Part shown: piece after piece, positions 29,165-39,223 of the stretch | Numbering within the stretch: the first letter of the stretch is position 1 | How the letters are laid out: each line of letters begins with the position of its first letter | From: Candidatus Kapaibacterium sp. | GTDB lineage: Bacteria > Bacteroidota > Ignavibacteria > Kapaibacteriales > UBA2268 | DNA: 64,000 nt | Assembly: GCA_035445085.1 (NCBI GenBank) | Contig: DAOMQA010000004.1 | Coordinates: forward strand, 86,788-150,787 | Direction of reading: 5' to 3' | Notes under the pieces: model-generated | The model's input: the letters and a program-made list of their open reading frames with translations, nothing else | Told to the model about the DNA's origin: nothing | Database searches by the model: none | Position numbers and translations under genes: made by a program

Positions 29165-30450
29165 TCTAAGTATTGTATGCCCTTTACAGCAATATCATTT
29201 CGATTATACTTATTCTCATAACTAATAAAAGAGGCAGCTTTATATACTTTGGTAATTGCATCAAACAAGTTAGTATCGATGGCTACAACGTTTAATACTC
29301 TACCCCCATTTGTTCGAATCACTCCATTATCATAAATCGTTCCTGCATGGTAAATAGTAGCAACTGACTCTGCTTCGGCTAAGCCTTGTATCTCAAAGCC
29401 CTTTTCAAAATTATCAGGGTAGCCCTTAGATGCCAAAACTAGGCATACGGCGAAAGAATTATCTACTTGTTTTACTGCGTTCTTATCTATTTCTCCTATG
29501 GAGGCTGAATATAATAACTTTAAAAAGTCCCCTTCAATTACATTCAGAACTGCTTGAGTCTCTGGGTCTCCAAATCTAACATTAAACTCTACAACCTTAG
29601 GTTCTTTGTCTGGCGTAATCATTAAGCCTGCATATAGGCAACCTATAAATGGAGTGCCATTTATTTCCATTTGCTTGACCATAGGCTTAATCACTAACTC
29701 TTCTATTTTACTCATCATCTCAGAGTTTACTAAAGGAGTAGGGCAATAAGAACCCATACCACCTGTATTTTTACCCATTTCTCCATCGTTAATCTTTTTG
29801 TGGTCTTGAGAAGCTGGTAAAACAAAATAGTCCTTTCCATCGCATATTGCAAAAATCGATGCCTCGTCGCCTTTCATAAATTCTTCAATAATTATCTTTT
29901 TACTTGATTCGCCAAATTTGCCACTAAAGAATTCATCTACTGTATTTTCTGCTTCGCCTATATTATTTGCTATAACAACACCCTTGCCTGCTGCTAAACC
30001 ATCCGCTTTAATAACAATAGGGTAAAGTTGCTCTTTAAGATAACGAATTGCTTCATGATATTCATTTATGTTAAAAACTTGATAATTTGCAGTAGGTACC
30101 CCTGCTTGTCTCATTATATTTTTGGCATATTCTTTAGAAGTCTCTAATTTTGATGCTTCCATAGAAGGACCAAAAACATTAATTCCTTCTAATCTTAATT
30201 TATCAGCAATACCTTCTGCTAAGTATTGCTCTGGTCCAACTACTACAAGTCCAATATCTCTACTTTTGCAAAATCTAATTATATCATAATAATTAGACAA
30301 ATTAATAGACATATTTATTGCGATTTTCGAGGTACCGGGGTTCCCACTACAAATATATAATTGTCCACAAGATTCTGATAGGGAAATTTTATGAGTTAAG
30401 GCATTTTCTCTACCACCCGAACCTATTACTAAAGTATTTATTTTCTTCAT
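29158..30450 (-). CDS. purD: Phosphoribosylamine--glycine ligase
   Basis: GSGGRE N-terminus, ATP-grasp motifs and the C-terminal GGRVLNVVA. Confidence 0.92.
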   Translation of the reverse strand: MKKINTLVIGSGGRENALTHKISLSESCGQLYICSGNPGTSKIAINMSINLSNYYDIIRFCKSRDIGLVVVGPEQYLAEGIADKLRLEGINVFGPSMEASKLETSKEYAKNIMRQAGVPTANYQVFNINEYHEAIRYLKEQLYPIVIKADGLAAGKGVVIANNIGEAENTVDEFFSGKFGESSKKIIIEEFMKGDEASIFAICDGKDYFVLPASQDHKKINDGEMGKNTGGMGSYCPTPLVNSEMMSKIEELVIKPMVKQMEINGTPFIGCLYAGLMITPDKEPKVVEFNVRFGDPETQAVLNVIEGDFLKLLYSASIGEIDKNAVKQVDNSFAVCLVLASKGYPDNFEKGFEIQGLAEAESVATIYHAGTIYDNGVIRTNGGRVLNVVAIDTNLFDAITKVYKAASFISYENKYNRNDIAVKGIQYLEW

Positions 30451-30579
30451 GTTTAGCTTTCTTATTTCTTTTATACTTAAATTACTACTCTACAAGTTGT
30501 TATAAACATACAATTTAGTGTTTTATTATAATATTTTATTAATTTTAATGCTAATATGTTGTACGCTATCATAAATAGA

Positions 30580-30607
30580 AATGGCTTACATATTGTAGTA
30601 AGCCATT
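30580..30607 (-). terminator. 10-bp-stem inverted repeat downstream of the DUF1015 gene
   Basis: AATGGCTTAC-N8-GTAAGCCATT. Flanking T-richness is modest on both strands. Confidence 0.35.
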
Positions 30608-30643
30608 TTGCTTTAAAATATATCAAAGATTTTTGTATTAATT

Positions 30644-31885
30644 TTAGTCCAAAAAGTGAACGAACAAGCCATCTCTTAATTTTGGCTCAAACCAAGTAGA
30701 TTTGGGCGGCATTACTTCACCAGCATCAGCTATAGCAATTAGCTCATCAATTGAAGTGTGGTGCATAGCAAAAGCTAAAGCCATTTCCCCGCTATCAACT
30801 CTTTTTTCTAACTCTGATAAACCGCGAATACCTCCCACAAAATCAATATTCTTATTCGTTCTTGGGTCGTCTATACCTAATATATTAGTTAAAATATACT
30901 TCTGCAGAATAGCTACATCTAAACTTTCCACAGGATCATTTGTATTAGTAAATTCATTCTTAAAAGTTAATTTATACCATTTGCCATCAATATATAGACC
31001 AAGTTCACCTTTTTGTTTAGGTTTATATATCCCATTGTTTTCAGTAATATCGCATACAGCAGCAAGTTTATTAAAAAATTCTTCTTGTGAATTTCCATTT
31101 AGATTTTTAATTAGCCTATTGTAGTCCATAATATATAAGTGGGAAGCAGGAAATATTACAGAAAGAAAATAATTATACTCTTCATTACCAGTGTGATTTG
31201 GATTAGCGTCCATTCTTTCTTTCCCAACAATGGCAGCAGCAGCAGAGCGATGATGACCGTCTGCTACATATAAATACGGAATAGAGGAAAAAATTTCTTC
31301 TATTTTTGTATTTGTAGCTTTATCTTGAATAACCCATACCTGATGGCGGATGCCATCATTTGTTAAAATATCTGTTTCTGGAGTTAATTTTGTTATATTG
31401 CTTACAATATCATTGATTTCGTTGTTATCTGGATATGTTAAGAATATAGGACCCGTATGAGCGTTAGTAATCCTTACGTGATTGCACCTATCTTCTTCTT
31501 TATCTTTTCTGGTTTTCTCATGTTTTTTGATTGTATCATTCCAATAATCTTGAATACTTGCAACGCCTACCAAGCCAAATTGAGTTCTACCATCCATAGT
31601 TTGAGCATATATATAGAATTTAGCTTCTGGATAATTTACTAAATAATTCCCGTCGATTAACTTTTGTAAATTTTCCTTACCCTTGTTGTATACTTGGGCA
31701 TCATATAAATTAACATCTGTGGGTAAATCAATTTCCGGCTTTCCAACATGTAAAAAAGATAAAGGATGACCTTCTACCATAGCTCTTGCTTCGTCTGAAT
31801 TCAGTACGTCATAAGGAGGAGCTGCTATTTCGCTAGCGAATTCTGGTTTAGGTCTATAAGAAGACATAGGTTTAAATACAGCCAT
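30644..31885 (-). CDS. DUF1015 family protein
   Basis: MAVFKPMSSYRPKPEFASEIAAPPYDVLNSDEARAM... is the conserved DUF1015 N-terminus. 413 aa. Confidence 0.78.
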   Translation of the reverse strand: MAVFKPMSSYRPKPEFASEIAAPPYDVLNSDEARAMVEGHPLSFLHVGKPEIDLPTDVNLYDAQVYNKGKENLQKLIDGNYLVNYPEAKFYIYAQTMDGRTQFGLVGVASIQDYWNDTIKKHEKTRKDKEEDRCNHVRITNAHTGPIFLTYPDNNEINDIVSNITKLTPETDILTNDGIRHQVWVIQDKATNTKIEEIFSSIPYLYVADGHHRSAAAAIVGKERMDANPNHTGNEEYNYFLSVIFPASHLYIMDYNRLIKNLNGNSQEEFFNKLAAVCDITENNGIYKPKQKGELGLYIDGKWYKLTFKNEFTNTNDPVESLDVAILQKYILTNILGIDDPRTNKNIDFVGGIRGLSELEKRVDSGEMALAFAMHHTSIDELIAIADAGEVMPPKSTWFEPKLRDGLFVHFLD

Positions 31886-32026
31886 TTCAAAACTTCCAAA
31901 TAATGATATAATTTAAAAATTAATAATCTAAAATCTTAAGATTTATTAAGTAGTAAACTTGATATTTATAAAATTATTTTAAAAAAAGCCATTTCAAACA
32001 AATTTTCAAGATAATGGTTAATTTAA

Positions 32027-32061
32027 ATAAAAAAAAAGGTTACCCATAATAGATAACCTTT
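32027..32061 (-). terminator. Rho-independent terminator of the TPR/tonB-locus transcript
   Basis: On the minus strand, an AAGGTTAT...ATAACCTT hairpin (8-bp stem) is followed by T6ATTT. It lies 36 nt after the TPR gene stop. Confidence 0.7.
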
Positions 32062-32097
32062 CGACATATTTTAGTATGTAATTTATAATGAGTTCAT

Positions 32098-33861
32098 TTA
32101 ATTGCAGGCGCCTTGTTTTTTTAGAATATCTAAATTCTTCTTTGCTGTTTCATTGTTTGGGTCTAATTTTAATACTTTTTTATAATTTGCACATGCTTGG
32201 GCAAAATTTTGCAAATTATGATTTGCGATAGCCTGATATAAATAGGCATAAAGTTGCTCAGGGAAAAACGAAGCCCATTTTTCTCCTACGCTAACTACTT
32301 CTTTAAAATTCTTTTTATCTAAGTTAAGTTGAGCTAATTTTGCTAAAGATTGATTTAATGGGTAACTATTTTTTGCTGTATCTAATTTTGCAATATCAAT
32401 GATATTATTCAATATTACTTCAGATACTGCAACGCTATCCATGTTGGTATACGCATCAGCTAAGCTAATACGTGCAAACAAGAAAGCTGAATCGAGAGAA
32501 ATTGAGTGTTTTAAAGATTCTATCGATTTTGTATAATCTTTTAACATTAAATATGATTGCCCTATTAAATAATATGCAATATGGTCATTGCTTCCTTTGC
32601 ATTTTTCATTAGATACTCTTCTTGTTAGGACATCGATTGCTTCGTTATACTTACCCATTTTTTGATACATATACCCCATATTATCCATTAACTTACAACT
32701 TTCATTAGGATCTAATTTAATAGCTTTCTCCCATTCAATAAAAGCATTTATAGTATCCTTTAATTGCATATAAGATTGCCCTATTTTTTGGAAGTCAAGT
32801 ACGTTCAAGATTGTATCTTTCTCAGATTGCTTATAAGACTCTATTGATTGTTGGTATAAATGAGCAGCACCTGCGTTATCCTTCTTATTTAATAATTCTG
32901 CTGCATCAAATAAAGTACGAGACCTCTTTAATGTAGCTTTAATTTTTACAGAATCTATTTCCTTAGCCACGATATTTAAATGATATGCAGCAGTATCAAA
33001 GGCGCCAATTTCATCTAAAGATTGTGCTAAATACCATCTTCCGAGCGAACCAGAAGGTCTTAAATTTACATAGTTTCTTAAGGAAATAACTGCATCTTTA
33101 AAATTCTTAGATAAGAATAAAATCTTTCCTTGTTCAAAAAACGCTTTAGCATTTTTTGGGTCTTGAGTTGTAATCTTGTTCCATTCTTCTAATGAGCGAG
33201 AGAAATACTTGGTTGATAGTTCTTTATCTGCCTCTCTATTACCCAACCAATACAAAGATATAGCCAATTTCTCACGAGCATCTTCTAAATTCGGGTTTAA
33301 AGTCAGGGCTTCATCGTAGTTTTGCATTGCTAATTCATAAACACGTTGTTTGAAATAATAATCGCCCAATGCTACAAATGAAGCAGGTTCTTTTTTATTC
33401 ATTTCACGCGCTTTAGTAATTAATAGTTCAGCCTTAGTTAAATCGTCGCTTGTTAAATTGTCCTTTAGTAAATAAACATTCGCCATTTCTAACAAAACAA
33501 ATACATTAGTTTCATCTCTATCTTGTGCATCTTCTAAAGTTGCCATAGCTTGCTCTCTTTTACCTGATAAAGTAAGAGAGTGTGCTAATTTAATTCGTGC
33601 ATCAATATTGTTTTTATCTAAATCTACGACCTTTTGAAACATCGCCTCAGCGTCAGTATATTTGTCCATTTCTAAGTAAACTTCACCTGCTATATAATAT
33701 ATATTAGCATCTTTTGGTTTTTCACTTACGGCTTTTGGAATTAACTGTAAAGCGGCTTCATAATCTTTTTGTTCTACAGCTTTTAAAAATTCTTCACTTG
33801 ATTGAGAAAATGCAATATTTAAACTTATCGCAATTCCTATTAAAATCAATATATACTTCAT
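32098..33861 (-). CDS. Tetratricopeptide-repeat lipoprotein/secreted protein (tonB-locus TPR protein)
   Basis: Signal peptide plus TPR consensus W-LG-Y-A-F-A-P throughout 587 aa. Confidence 0.7.
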   Translation of the reverse strand: MKYILILIGIAISLNIAFSQSSEEFLKAVEQKDYEAALQLIPKAVSEKPKDANIYYIAGEVYLEMDKYTDAEAMFQKVVDLDKNNIDARIKLAHSLTLSGKREQAMATLEDAQDRDETNVFVLLEMANVYLLKDNLTSDDLTKAELLITKAREMNKKEPASFVALGDYYFKQRVYELAMQNYDEALTLNPNLEDAREKLAISLYWLGNREADKELSTKYFSRSLEEWNKITTQDPKNAKAFFEQGKILFLSKNFKDAVISLRNYVNLRPSGSLGRWYLAQSLDEIGAFDTAAYHLNIVAKEIDSVKIKATLKRSRTLFDAAELLNKKDNAGAAHLYQQSIESYKQSEKDTILNVLDFQKIGQSYMQLKDTINAFIEWEKAIKLDPNESCKLMDNMGYMYQKMGKYNEAIDVLTRRVSNEKCKGSNDHIAYYLIGQSYLMLKDYTKSIESLKHSISLDSAFLFARISLADAYTNMDSVAVSEVILNNIIDIAKLDTAKNSYPLNQSLAKLAQLNLDKKNFKEVVSVGEKWASFFPEQLYAYLYQAIANHNLQNFAQACANYKKVLKLDPNNETAKKNLDILKKQGACN

Positions 33862-33897
33862 TTATAATTAGTCCTTTAAAATATTATATTTATTATA

Positions 33898-34854
33898 TTA
33901 TTTAATTTCATTATCTGCTTCATGCAGTTTTATTTTAGCAAAAGCTGGTACAATACCATAATCTAAGAAATATTTTTGCACTTTTGTTTCCTTAGATAGA
34001 TAAGATGCAAACCAGAACGGCTTATTCATTCTATCCTCAAGTAATATAACTTTATCAGTTATAATATACGGGTATTTTTCTTGTACGATAAAGCCTTGAT
34101 GCACTATCTGCGGCGGTATCCTTATACCTTGTTTATTTACAAAAGAAATTCTTATCTTGGTGAGTTGTGATAACTTTATCACATTAGATAAATATGCAAC
34201 ACCAATTGCATTATCATTTTTACTTACATAATCTATAAGCTCTTGCATTGAAGCTAATTGCTTAACTTTATGAGTTATTTTATTATTTCTTGCAGCGGTG
34301 TTTATTAAATTTTGATAATGTGAATTATTAATATCGGTTGTAACTAATTCTGGCTCAACTTTTAAATGTGAGTAGTAATCTTTAAAATTCTTACCAGCTG
34401 TAAGTATATTAAAGATTTGTTCGTCATTTAAGGTATCTAATCCAATTTTGCCATTATGGAAAAAGACTAAGCCATCTTTAGCCATTTCCATTTCTGGTCT
34501 TATAAGTTGATATTCTTTGTTTAATGAATCTTCATCTTTCAGGTAATTCCGTGATAATACTATAGCTTCAGCTTTACCTGAAAAAAGAAGAGCAACTGCT
34601 TTTCTTGAATTCACATAATTAACTTTTAAGTTAATTTTTGGATAAGATTGTCTGTAGAAATCCATTACAGGTTCTATCATATTTATAAGTAATGTATCTA
34701 CATATACTTCTAAATTTCCTTCATCGATGGATTGCTCTTTTGCTTGTTGTGATTTCTTTGAATTTTTACTTTCATCTTCACAGGAACTACAAGCAAGCGA
34801 AAGTATAATAATAGCAATAAATAGAAAGCTAATTTTTGTTTTCATCATCATCAT
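33898..34854 (-). CDS. PstS-like (PBP superfamily) phosphate-binding-type lipoprotein of the tonB locus
   Basis: Lipoprotein signal (LSLACSSC). A periplasmic-binding-protein type II fold is suggested by ...AEAIVLSRNYL...NAIGVAYLSNV.... Its position 3' of tonB matches the conserved FCB arrangement. Confidence 0.55.
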   Translation of the reverse strand: MMMMKTKISFLFIAIIILSLACSSCEDESKNSKKSQQAKEQSIDEGNLEVYVDTLLINMIEPVMDFYRQSYPKINLKVNYVNSRKAVALLFSGKAEAIVLSRNYLKDEDSLNKEYQLIRPEMEMAKDGLVFFHNGKIGLDTLNDEQIFNILTAGKNFKDYYSHLKVEPELVTTDINNSHYQNLINTAARNNKITHKVKQLASMQELIDYVSKNDNAIGVAYLSNVIKLSQLTKIRISFVNKQGIRIPPQIVHQGFIVQEKYPYIITDKVILLEDRMNKPFWFASYLSKETKVQKYFLDYGIVPAFAKIKLHEADNEIK

Positions 34855-35050
34855 CCTCCTTCATAAATTTATATCTTTTTTCTTGAGTATATAATAAAGA
34901 TATTCGATATATTCCAAAAAGTGTGAAAACTATACCTGCCATTATTCTAAACTGTGGTTCTAAGTCGCTTAAAATAATACCGCTCAGTAGCAATATGCCT
35001 ATTACAACGATTAATATTCTTACTGTGTAATTTATTATTCTTAATATCAA
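34829..35050 (-). CDS. Small two-TM membrane protein with an acidic C-terminal tail (hypothetical)
   Basis: 73 aa: two hydrophobic helices and a DDDDENKN tail. It overlaps the downstream PstS-like gene start by 26 nt. Confidence 0.3.
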   Translation of the reverse strand: MILRIINYTVRILIVVIGILLLSGIILSDLEPQFRIMAGIVFTLFGIYRISLLYTQEKRYKFMKEDDDDENKN

Positions 35051-35092
35051 TTTTCTATCGTCATAATAATTTAACTGAGCGGTCTCTAAACA

Positions 35093-35881
35093 TTATCTTA
35101 GTCTGAAAGTAATAGGAATACTTACCCAGCATGTAATAGCATTGCCATTTTGAATCGCTGGAGTGAATAATCCATAATTCTTAATAGCATCTAATGCTGC
35201 TTGATTTAATAATTCATGGTCGGAAGATTCAATAAAATACTTCCTTGCTCTTCCGTCAGAACCTACAAGCACTCTTACTACTACTCTGCCTTCTACATTA
35301 GCACGGCGTGCTAAGTCTGGATATACTATACTTTTCTGAAGTTTGCCTAAATCAACTCCTGGTTCTTTTTCTACTGGAATAAAGTCATCTGGAGCAGGCT
35401 CAGCTTCTTTGTGTTCAATTTTTATTTCTCTCTTTTCACCAATATTAATATTTGATGAGAACCCACCTAAATCAACACCATCGCCACCTACTGAAGAAGC
35501 ACGGCTCATCACATCTATTGTAGCAAAATCCTTCATATCAGCAGTAATTTGCGCATCTGGCACCCCTATTGGAGTTCCAGCTCTAGCCGCAGGTCCTGTA
35601 CTGATAATCTCCTGTGGAGGAGGTGGGGGCGCTACTTCCGCAGCGTCTGCTGAAGGAAGCTGATCAAGTGTTACTTTTACAATTGGAGCTAACTTAGGAG
35701 CAGTTTTTGCACTTTCATTCCTCATTTGTATTCCAACATACAATAATAGAAGTAAAAGCGTAAGTGCTACTGTCATAATAAAGCCTCTGACAGTATATTT
35801 ACGAATTAATTCCTTTAATTCGGAAGCTCCGTAACCTGAAGGAGCTGGAACTTCGATTACTAATTTTGCTGCGTTTGCCAT
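35093..35881 (-). CDS. tonB: Energy transducer TonB
   Basis: N-terminal TM anchor, a Pro-rich spacer (AEVAPPPPPQE) and a C-terminal TonB domain (YPDLARRANVEGRVVVRVLV...). Confidence 0.82.
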   Translation of the reverse strand: MANAAKLVIEVPAPSGYGASELKELIRKYTVRGFIMTVALTLLLLLLYVGIQMRNESAKTAPKLAPIVKVTLDQLPSADAAEVAPPPPPQEIISTGPAARAGTPIGVPDAQITADMKDFATIDVMSRASSVGGDGVDLGGFSSNINIGEKREIKIEHKEAEPAPDDFIPVEKEPGVDLGKLQKSIVYPDLARRANVEGRVVVRVLVGSDGRARKYFIESSDHELLNQAALDAIKNYGLFTPAIQNGNAITCWVSIPITFRLR

Positions 35882-35883
35882 AA

Positions 35884-36453
35884 CTATAATCCTATAATTT
35901 TTTCACGTTCCTTTTCAGAAATTGGTGCGATTGTAAATCTTCGTTGTCTTTTTGTCGGATTTCCTGTACTATCTAATCCCTTAGCTATATCAGAAGTAAT
36001 TGATACTTCAGCTAAATTCAGTTCGTCTAAAACATTAACTACTGTTCCATAGGCAGCTAAAGTATCTGGCTTTAGCGCAGTAATTAACTTATTTTTTACA
36101 GATTCTTTTAAATTCAACCTTATAGCTAAACTCTTAATGTCTTTCAAAGCTACCTCTTGAGGTTCGTCTTCTCCTATTGTATAATATATCTTATTATCAT
36201 TTCTGATAAATAATTGAAATAACTCTGATATTCTCACTTCAACTTCATCTTCAATCTCAGGTGGTATAGACATTTCCATAACCTGAGGGGTTGCCATTGT
36301 AGTAGTAAACATAAAGAAAGTCAAAAGTAAAAATGTAATATCCACAAGTGGAGTCATATCTAAATAAAAACCAACTCTTTTCTTTTTCTTTCTCTTAGTC
36401 GATTTCCCTCTTTTGGATCTTTCGGCTGATAAAGCACCACCGCCACCGCTCAT
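35884..36453 (-). CDS. exbD: Biopolymer transport protein ExbD/TolR
   Basis: Basic N-terminus, single TM (TPLVDITFLLLTFFMFT) and a periplasmic domain. Confidence 0.8.
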   Translation of the reverse strand: MSGGGGALSAERSKRGKSTKRKKKKRVGFYLDMTPLVDITFLLLTFFMFTTTMATPQVMEMSIPPEIEDEVEVRISELFQLFIRNDNKIYYTIGEDEPQEVALKDIKSLAIRLNLKESVKNKLITALKPDTLAAYGTVVNVLDELNLAEVSITSDIAKGLDSTGNPTKRQRRFTIAPISEKEREKIIGL

Positions 36454-36518
36454 TTTATCCTCCCTAATCTTGTCTTAATTTAAAGACGATTTTATTAATT
36501 AAATGGTTACACATTATT

Positions 36519-37031
36519 TTAACCGCGCTTATCAGTTACATAATTAAACACGGGAGCGTTATTTTTTCTAAGTACGTCCATTGCATTAAATATCCATTTA
36601 AATGGTAAACGTTTGTCTGCGTCTATAGCAAATTTAGTATTAGCACGTATTTGACGTGTATTCCCAATTAATTCACTTAATTGGTCTAAATTTGAAACTT
36701 TAATTTGAGACTTTTCTTGTTGCTCTGGCGAAAGTGATTTAGACATTGCCCATACTTGAGGTCTATCAGTCTCATTTACTATTTCATAGTAATAGCTAGT
36801 ATCAGTGGTAACAGTATCGACAGCAATTTTGATTACTGCTAAGTCTTTATCAGGTACTTTAGAAGTATCTGCCGAAACTTCAGGGCGTTCAATCACAAAC
36901 TTTTGTTCAGACTCTGCCTGAGATTTAAATTTTGCAGTAAACATAAAGAAAGTTAATAGCAAAAATGTAATATCAACAAGTGGAGTCATATCGATAACAA
37001 AACCGGTCCTTTTTTTCTTTATCTTAGGCAC
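36519..37031 (-). CDS. exbD: Biopolymer transport protein ExbD/TolR (second copy)
   Basis: Same ExbD architecture (IDMTPLVDITFLLLTFFMFT). Confidence 0.8.
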   Translation of the reverse strand: MPKIKKKRTGFVIDMTPLVDITFLLLTFFMFTAKFKSQAESEQKFVIERPEVSADTSKVPDKDLAVIKIAVDTVTTDTSYYYEIVNETDRPQVWAMSKSLSPEQQEKSQIKVSNLDQLSELIGNTRQIRANTKFAIDADKRLPFKWIFNAMDVLRKNNAPVFNYVTDKRG

Positions 37032-37065
37032 GCATTTCTCCTATAATTAATTGATAATACACTAT

Positions 37066-37848
37066 TTAATTTTTAATTCTAATTGTGAAAATTTGAGTAA
37101 TATTTAAAATTGCTTCATCAATCATATAAATAAAATTATCAACTTTAGTTGTAAAGAAATTATAGAAAACAATTGATAAAATCGCACCAATCAAACCGCC
37201 TGCAGTATTATATAAGGCTTCAGAAATACCTAAAGATAATTGAACAGCTGAAACAGTACCGCTAAGAGCAAGAGCTTGGAACGCTCTAATCATACCAACA
37301 GTAGTTCCTAATAGACCAACCATTGTAGCAACAGAAGCTACTGTAGAAAGTATAACTAAATTCTTTTCTAAAAGAGGAGTTTCCAAATTCATAGCTTCAT
37401 CTATTGCTCTTTGAATTTCAGATATTTTCTTTTCACCAGAATATTCTGGGTCATGTTCAATATCTTTAAAACGTAGAATAGCTGAACGTAATACATTCGC
37501 CATACTACCCCTCTGGTTGTCGCAGGCGCTTACGGCTGCATCTAAGTCCCCCTTGGTGAGATGATTAATCACATCTTTAATGAACACTGAAGGATTGCCT
37601 TTGCCATTTGCCTTACTTATTGAGAAGAATCTTTCAAATACAAACGTAATAGATATTAATATAAAAGATAATAATAAACCAACAAGAGGACCACCTGTAT
37701 ATATCGTACCTAACACATTACCAGCCTTAGGTTCGTGTTTAATTTCTGGGTCATTAAAATTATTTGGATTACCCATAACAAGGTAGTATACAGAATATGC
37801 AACTACAAATGATAATGTAATTACTATTACGTTAAAAAGATTTTTCAT
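37066..37848 (-). CDS. exbB: MotA/TolQ/ExbB proton-channel protein
   Basis: Three-TM ExbB topology with the conserved C-terminal GTVSAVQLSLGISEALYNTAGGL region. Confidence 0.85.
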   Translation of the reverse strand: MKNLFNVIVITLSFVVAYSVYYLVMGNPNNFNDPEIKHEPKAGNVLGTIYTGGPLVGLLLSFILISITFVFERFFSISKANGKGNPSVFIKDVINHLTKGDLDAAVSACDNQRGSMANVLRSAILRFKDIEHDPEYSGEKKISEIQRAIDEAMNLETPLLEKNLVILSTVASVATMVGLLGTTVGMIRAFQALALSGTVSAVQLSLGISEALYNTAGGLIGAILSIVFYNFFTTKVDNFIYMIDEAILNITQIFTIRIKN

Positions 37849-37880
37849 ATAAAAACTCCATTATTTAATAAAAAAATTAT

Positions 37881-38225
37881 TTACTCATTAATTAATTTTA
37901 AAGCATCACTTAAGGTATCAGTAATTGTAAAAACTAAAGTCAATTTAGTGATTACAAAAATATTCTCTAATGACTTACTTACATTACAAAGGATAATTTT
38001 ACCATTACGTTTAGTAAAATTTGTATGAGAAGAAATTAGCACACCAAGAGCAGTAGAATTGAGATAAGTTACATTTTCTAAATCAATGATTAAACTATTC
38101 GTTTGCTTCTCAGCTAAACTTTTTAGGGTATCTCTCATTTCGTCTGTTTCTGGACCTCCAATAAATTGTCCTCGCAATTTTATAACTGCTCCGCCAATCT
38201 GCTCTTCTACTTTAACTTGGGACAT
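37881..38225 (-). CDS. STAS-domain anti-sigma-factor antagonist (SpoIIAA-like)
   Basis: LIIDLENVTYLNSTALGVLIS...GKIILCNVSKSLENIF is the canonical anti-anti-sigma pattern. It sits 32 nt upstream of exbB on the same strand. Confidence 0.68.
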   Translation of the reverse strand: MSQVKVEEQIGGAVIKLRGQFIGGPETDEMRDTLKSLAEKQTNSLIIDLENVTYLNSTALGVLISSHTNFTKRNGKIILCNVSKSLENIFVITKLTLVFTITDTLSDALKLINE

Positions 38226-38363
38226 AATAAACCTCTTTAATAAAATAAAAAAAATAACAACTTTAAGATTTCAAATTTAACAAATAAATAACTATTTTTA
38301 GTTAATAATTTGTTAATATACTGTAAATAAACACTTCAATCACATAAAAAGTTACAAGAGTTA

Positions 38364-39221
38364 TTAATTATTATTAATCTTTTTGCCAATTAAAAATCTT
38401 TGATAATTATTATAATCATTATAAGACTCTATTTTATAATGATTTGCAAAAATATCACTTAAAATACTATATTGATTAAATGCCATTTCCAAAAAGAATA
38501 AGCCATCATCTTTTAAAATCGTTTTAAATATATTATTGAACCTTCTATAAAAATTTAAACCATCACCATTATCTGTTAAAGCTAATAATGGTTCGTAATC
38601 TTTAACTTCAGGTTCGCATAATAATAGTTCTTCATTAGAAATATATGGTGGATTAGAAATTATAACATCATACTTATCATTAGGAAATGTGCTAAGAATA
38701 TCCATTACGTCAAAAGTAATATTACTTACATTATTACTTTTAGCGTTCATTTCTGCAATTAAGATCGCTTCTTTAGAATAATCAACTGAATATATAGTAG
38801 AATTGACAAAGTAATTACCCAAAGCAATACTTATACAGCCACTACCACAACCAAGCTCTAATATTTTTAGATTTTCATTTGGATCATATTTCCTGTATAC
38901 TAACTCTACCAGTTGCTCTGTTTCAGGGCGAGGTATCAATACATTCTTATTAACACCGATAGTAAATTGCATAAATTGTGCATTACCAATTATATATTGT
39001 AATGGCTCTCTATTAACTTTACGTTTTACATACTCTTTAATAAGAGCTAATTCGGAATCATTTAATGGTTTTTCAAAATCCATATACAATCTTATTCTAT
39101 CACATTCTAATACTTTGCAAAGTAATAGTTCGATACACAACCTAGCATCATCAATATTTTTGTTATTAAAATATTCAATCGCCCAATTAATAATATCAAT
39201 AACTCTCCAAGTTCTATTCAA
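38364..39221 (-). CDS. prmC: Release-factor glutamine N5-methyltransferase PrmC (HemK)
   Basis: ILELGCGSGCISIAL SAM motif and the NPPY catalytic motif (ISNPPYIS). Confidence 0.82.
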   Translation of the reverse strand: MNRTWRVIDIINWAIEYFNNKNIDDARLCIELLLCKVLECDRIRLYMDFEKPLNDSELALIKEYVKRKVNREPLQYIIGNAQFMQFTIGVNKNVLIPRPETEQLVELVYRKYDPNENLKILELGCGSGCISIALGNYFVNSTIYSVDYSKEAILIAEMNAKSNNVSNITFDVMDILSTFPNDKYDVIISNPPYISNEELLLCEPEVKDYEPLLALTDNGDGLNFYRRFNNIFKTILKDDGLFFLEMAFNQYSILSDIFANHYKIESYNDYNNYQRFLIGKKINNN

Positions 39222-39223
39222 GA

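Noticed and set aside
30702-31124. 140-aa plus-strand ORF
   Set aside because: It is antisense to the well-supported DUF1015 gene and has no recognisable features.
31871-32000. 11-mer direct repeat GCCATTTCAAA occurring twice about 115 bp apart (once across the DUF1015 start codon)
   Set aside because: It is short, AT-rich and has no flanking structure. It is most likely chance in this composition. I mention it only in case a search finds it recurrent.
35343-35663. 106-aa plus-strand ORF and a locally GC-richer patch
   Set aside because: It is antisense to the proline-rich spacer of tonB. The GC enrichment comes from CCN proline codons, not from foreign DNA.
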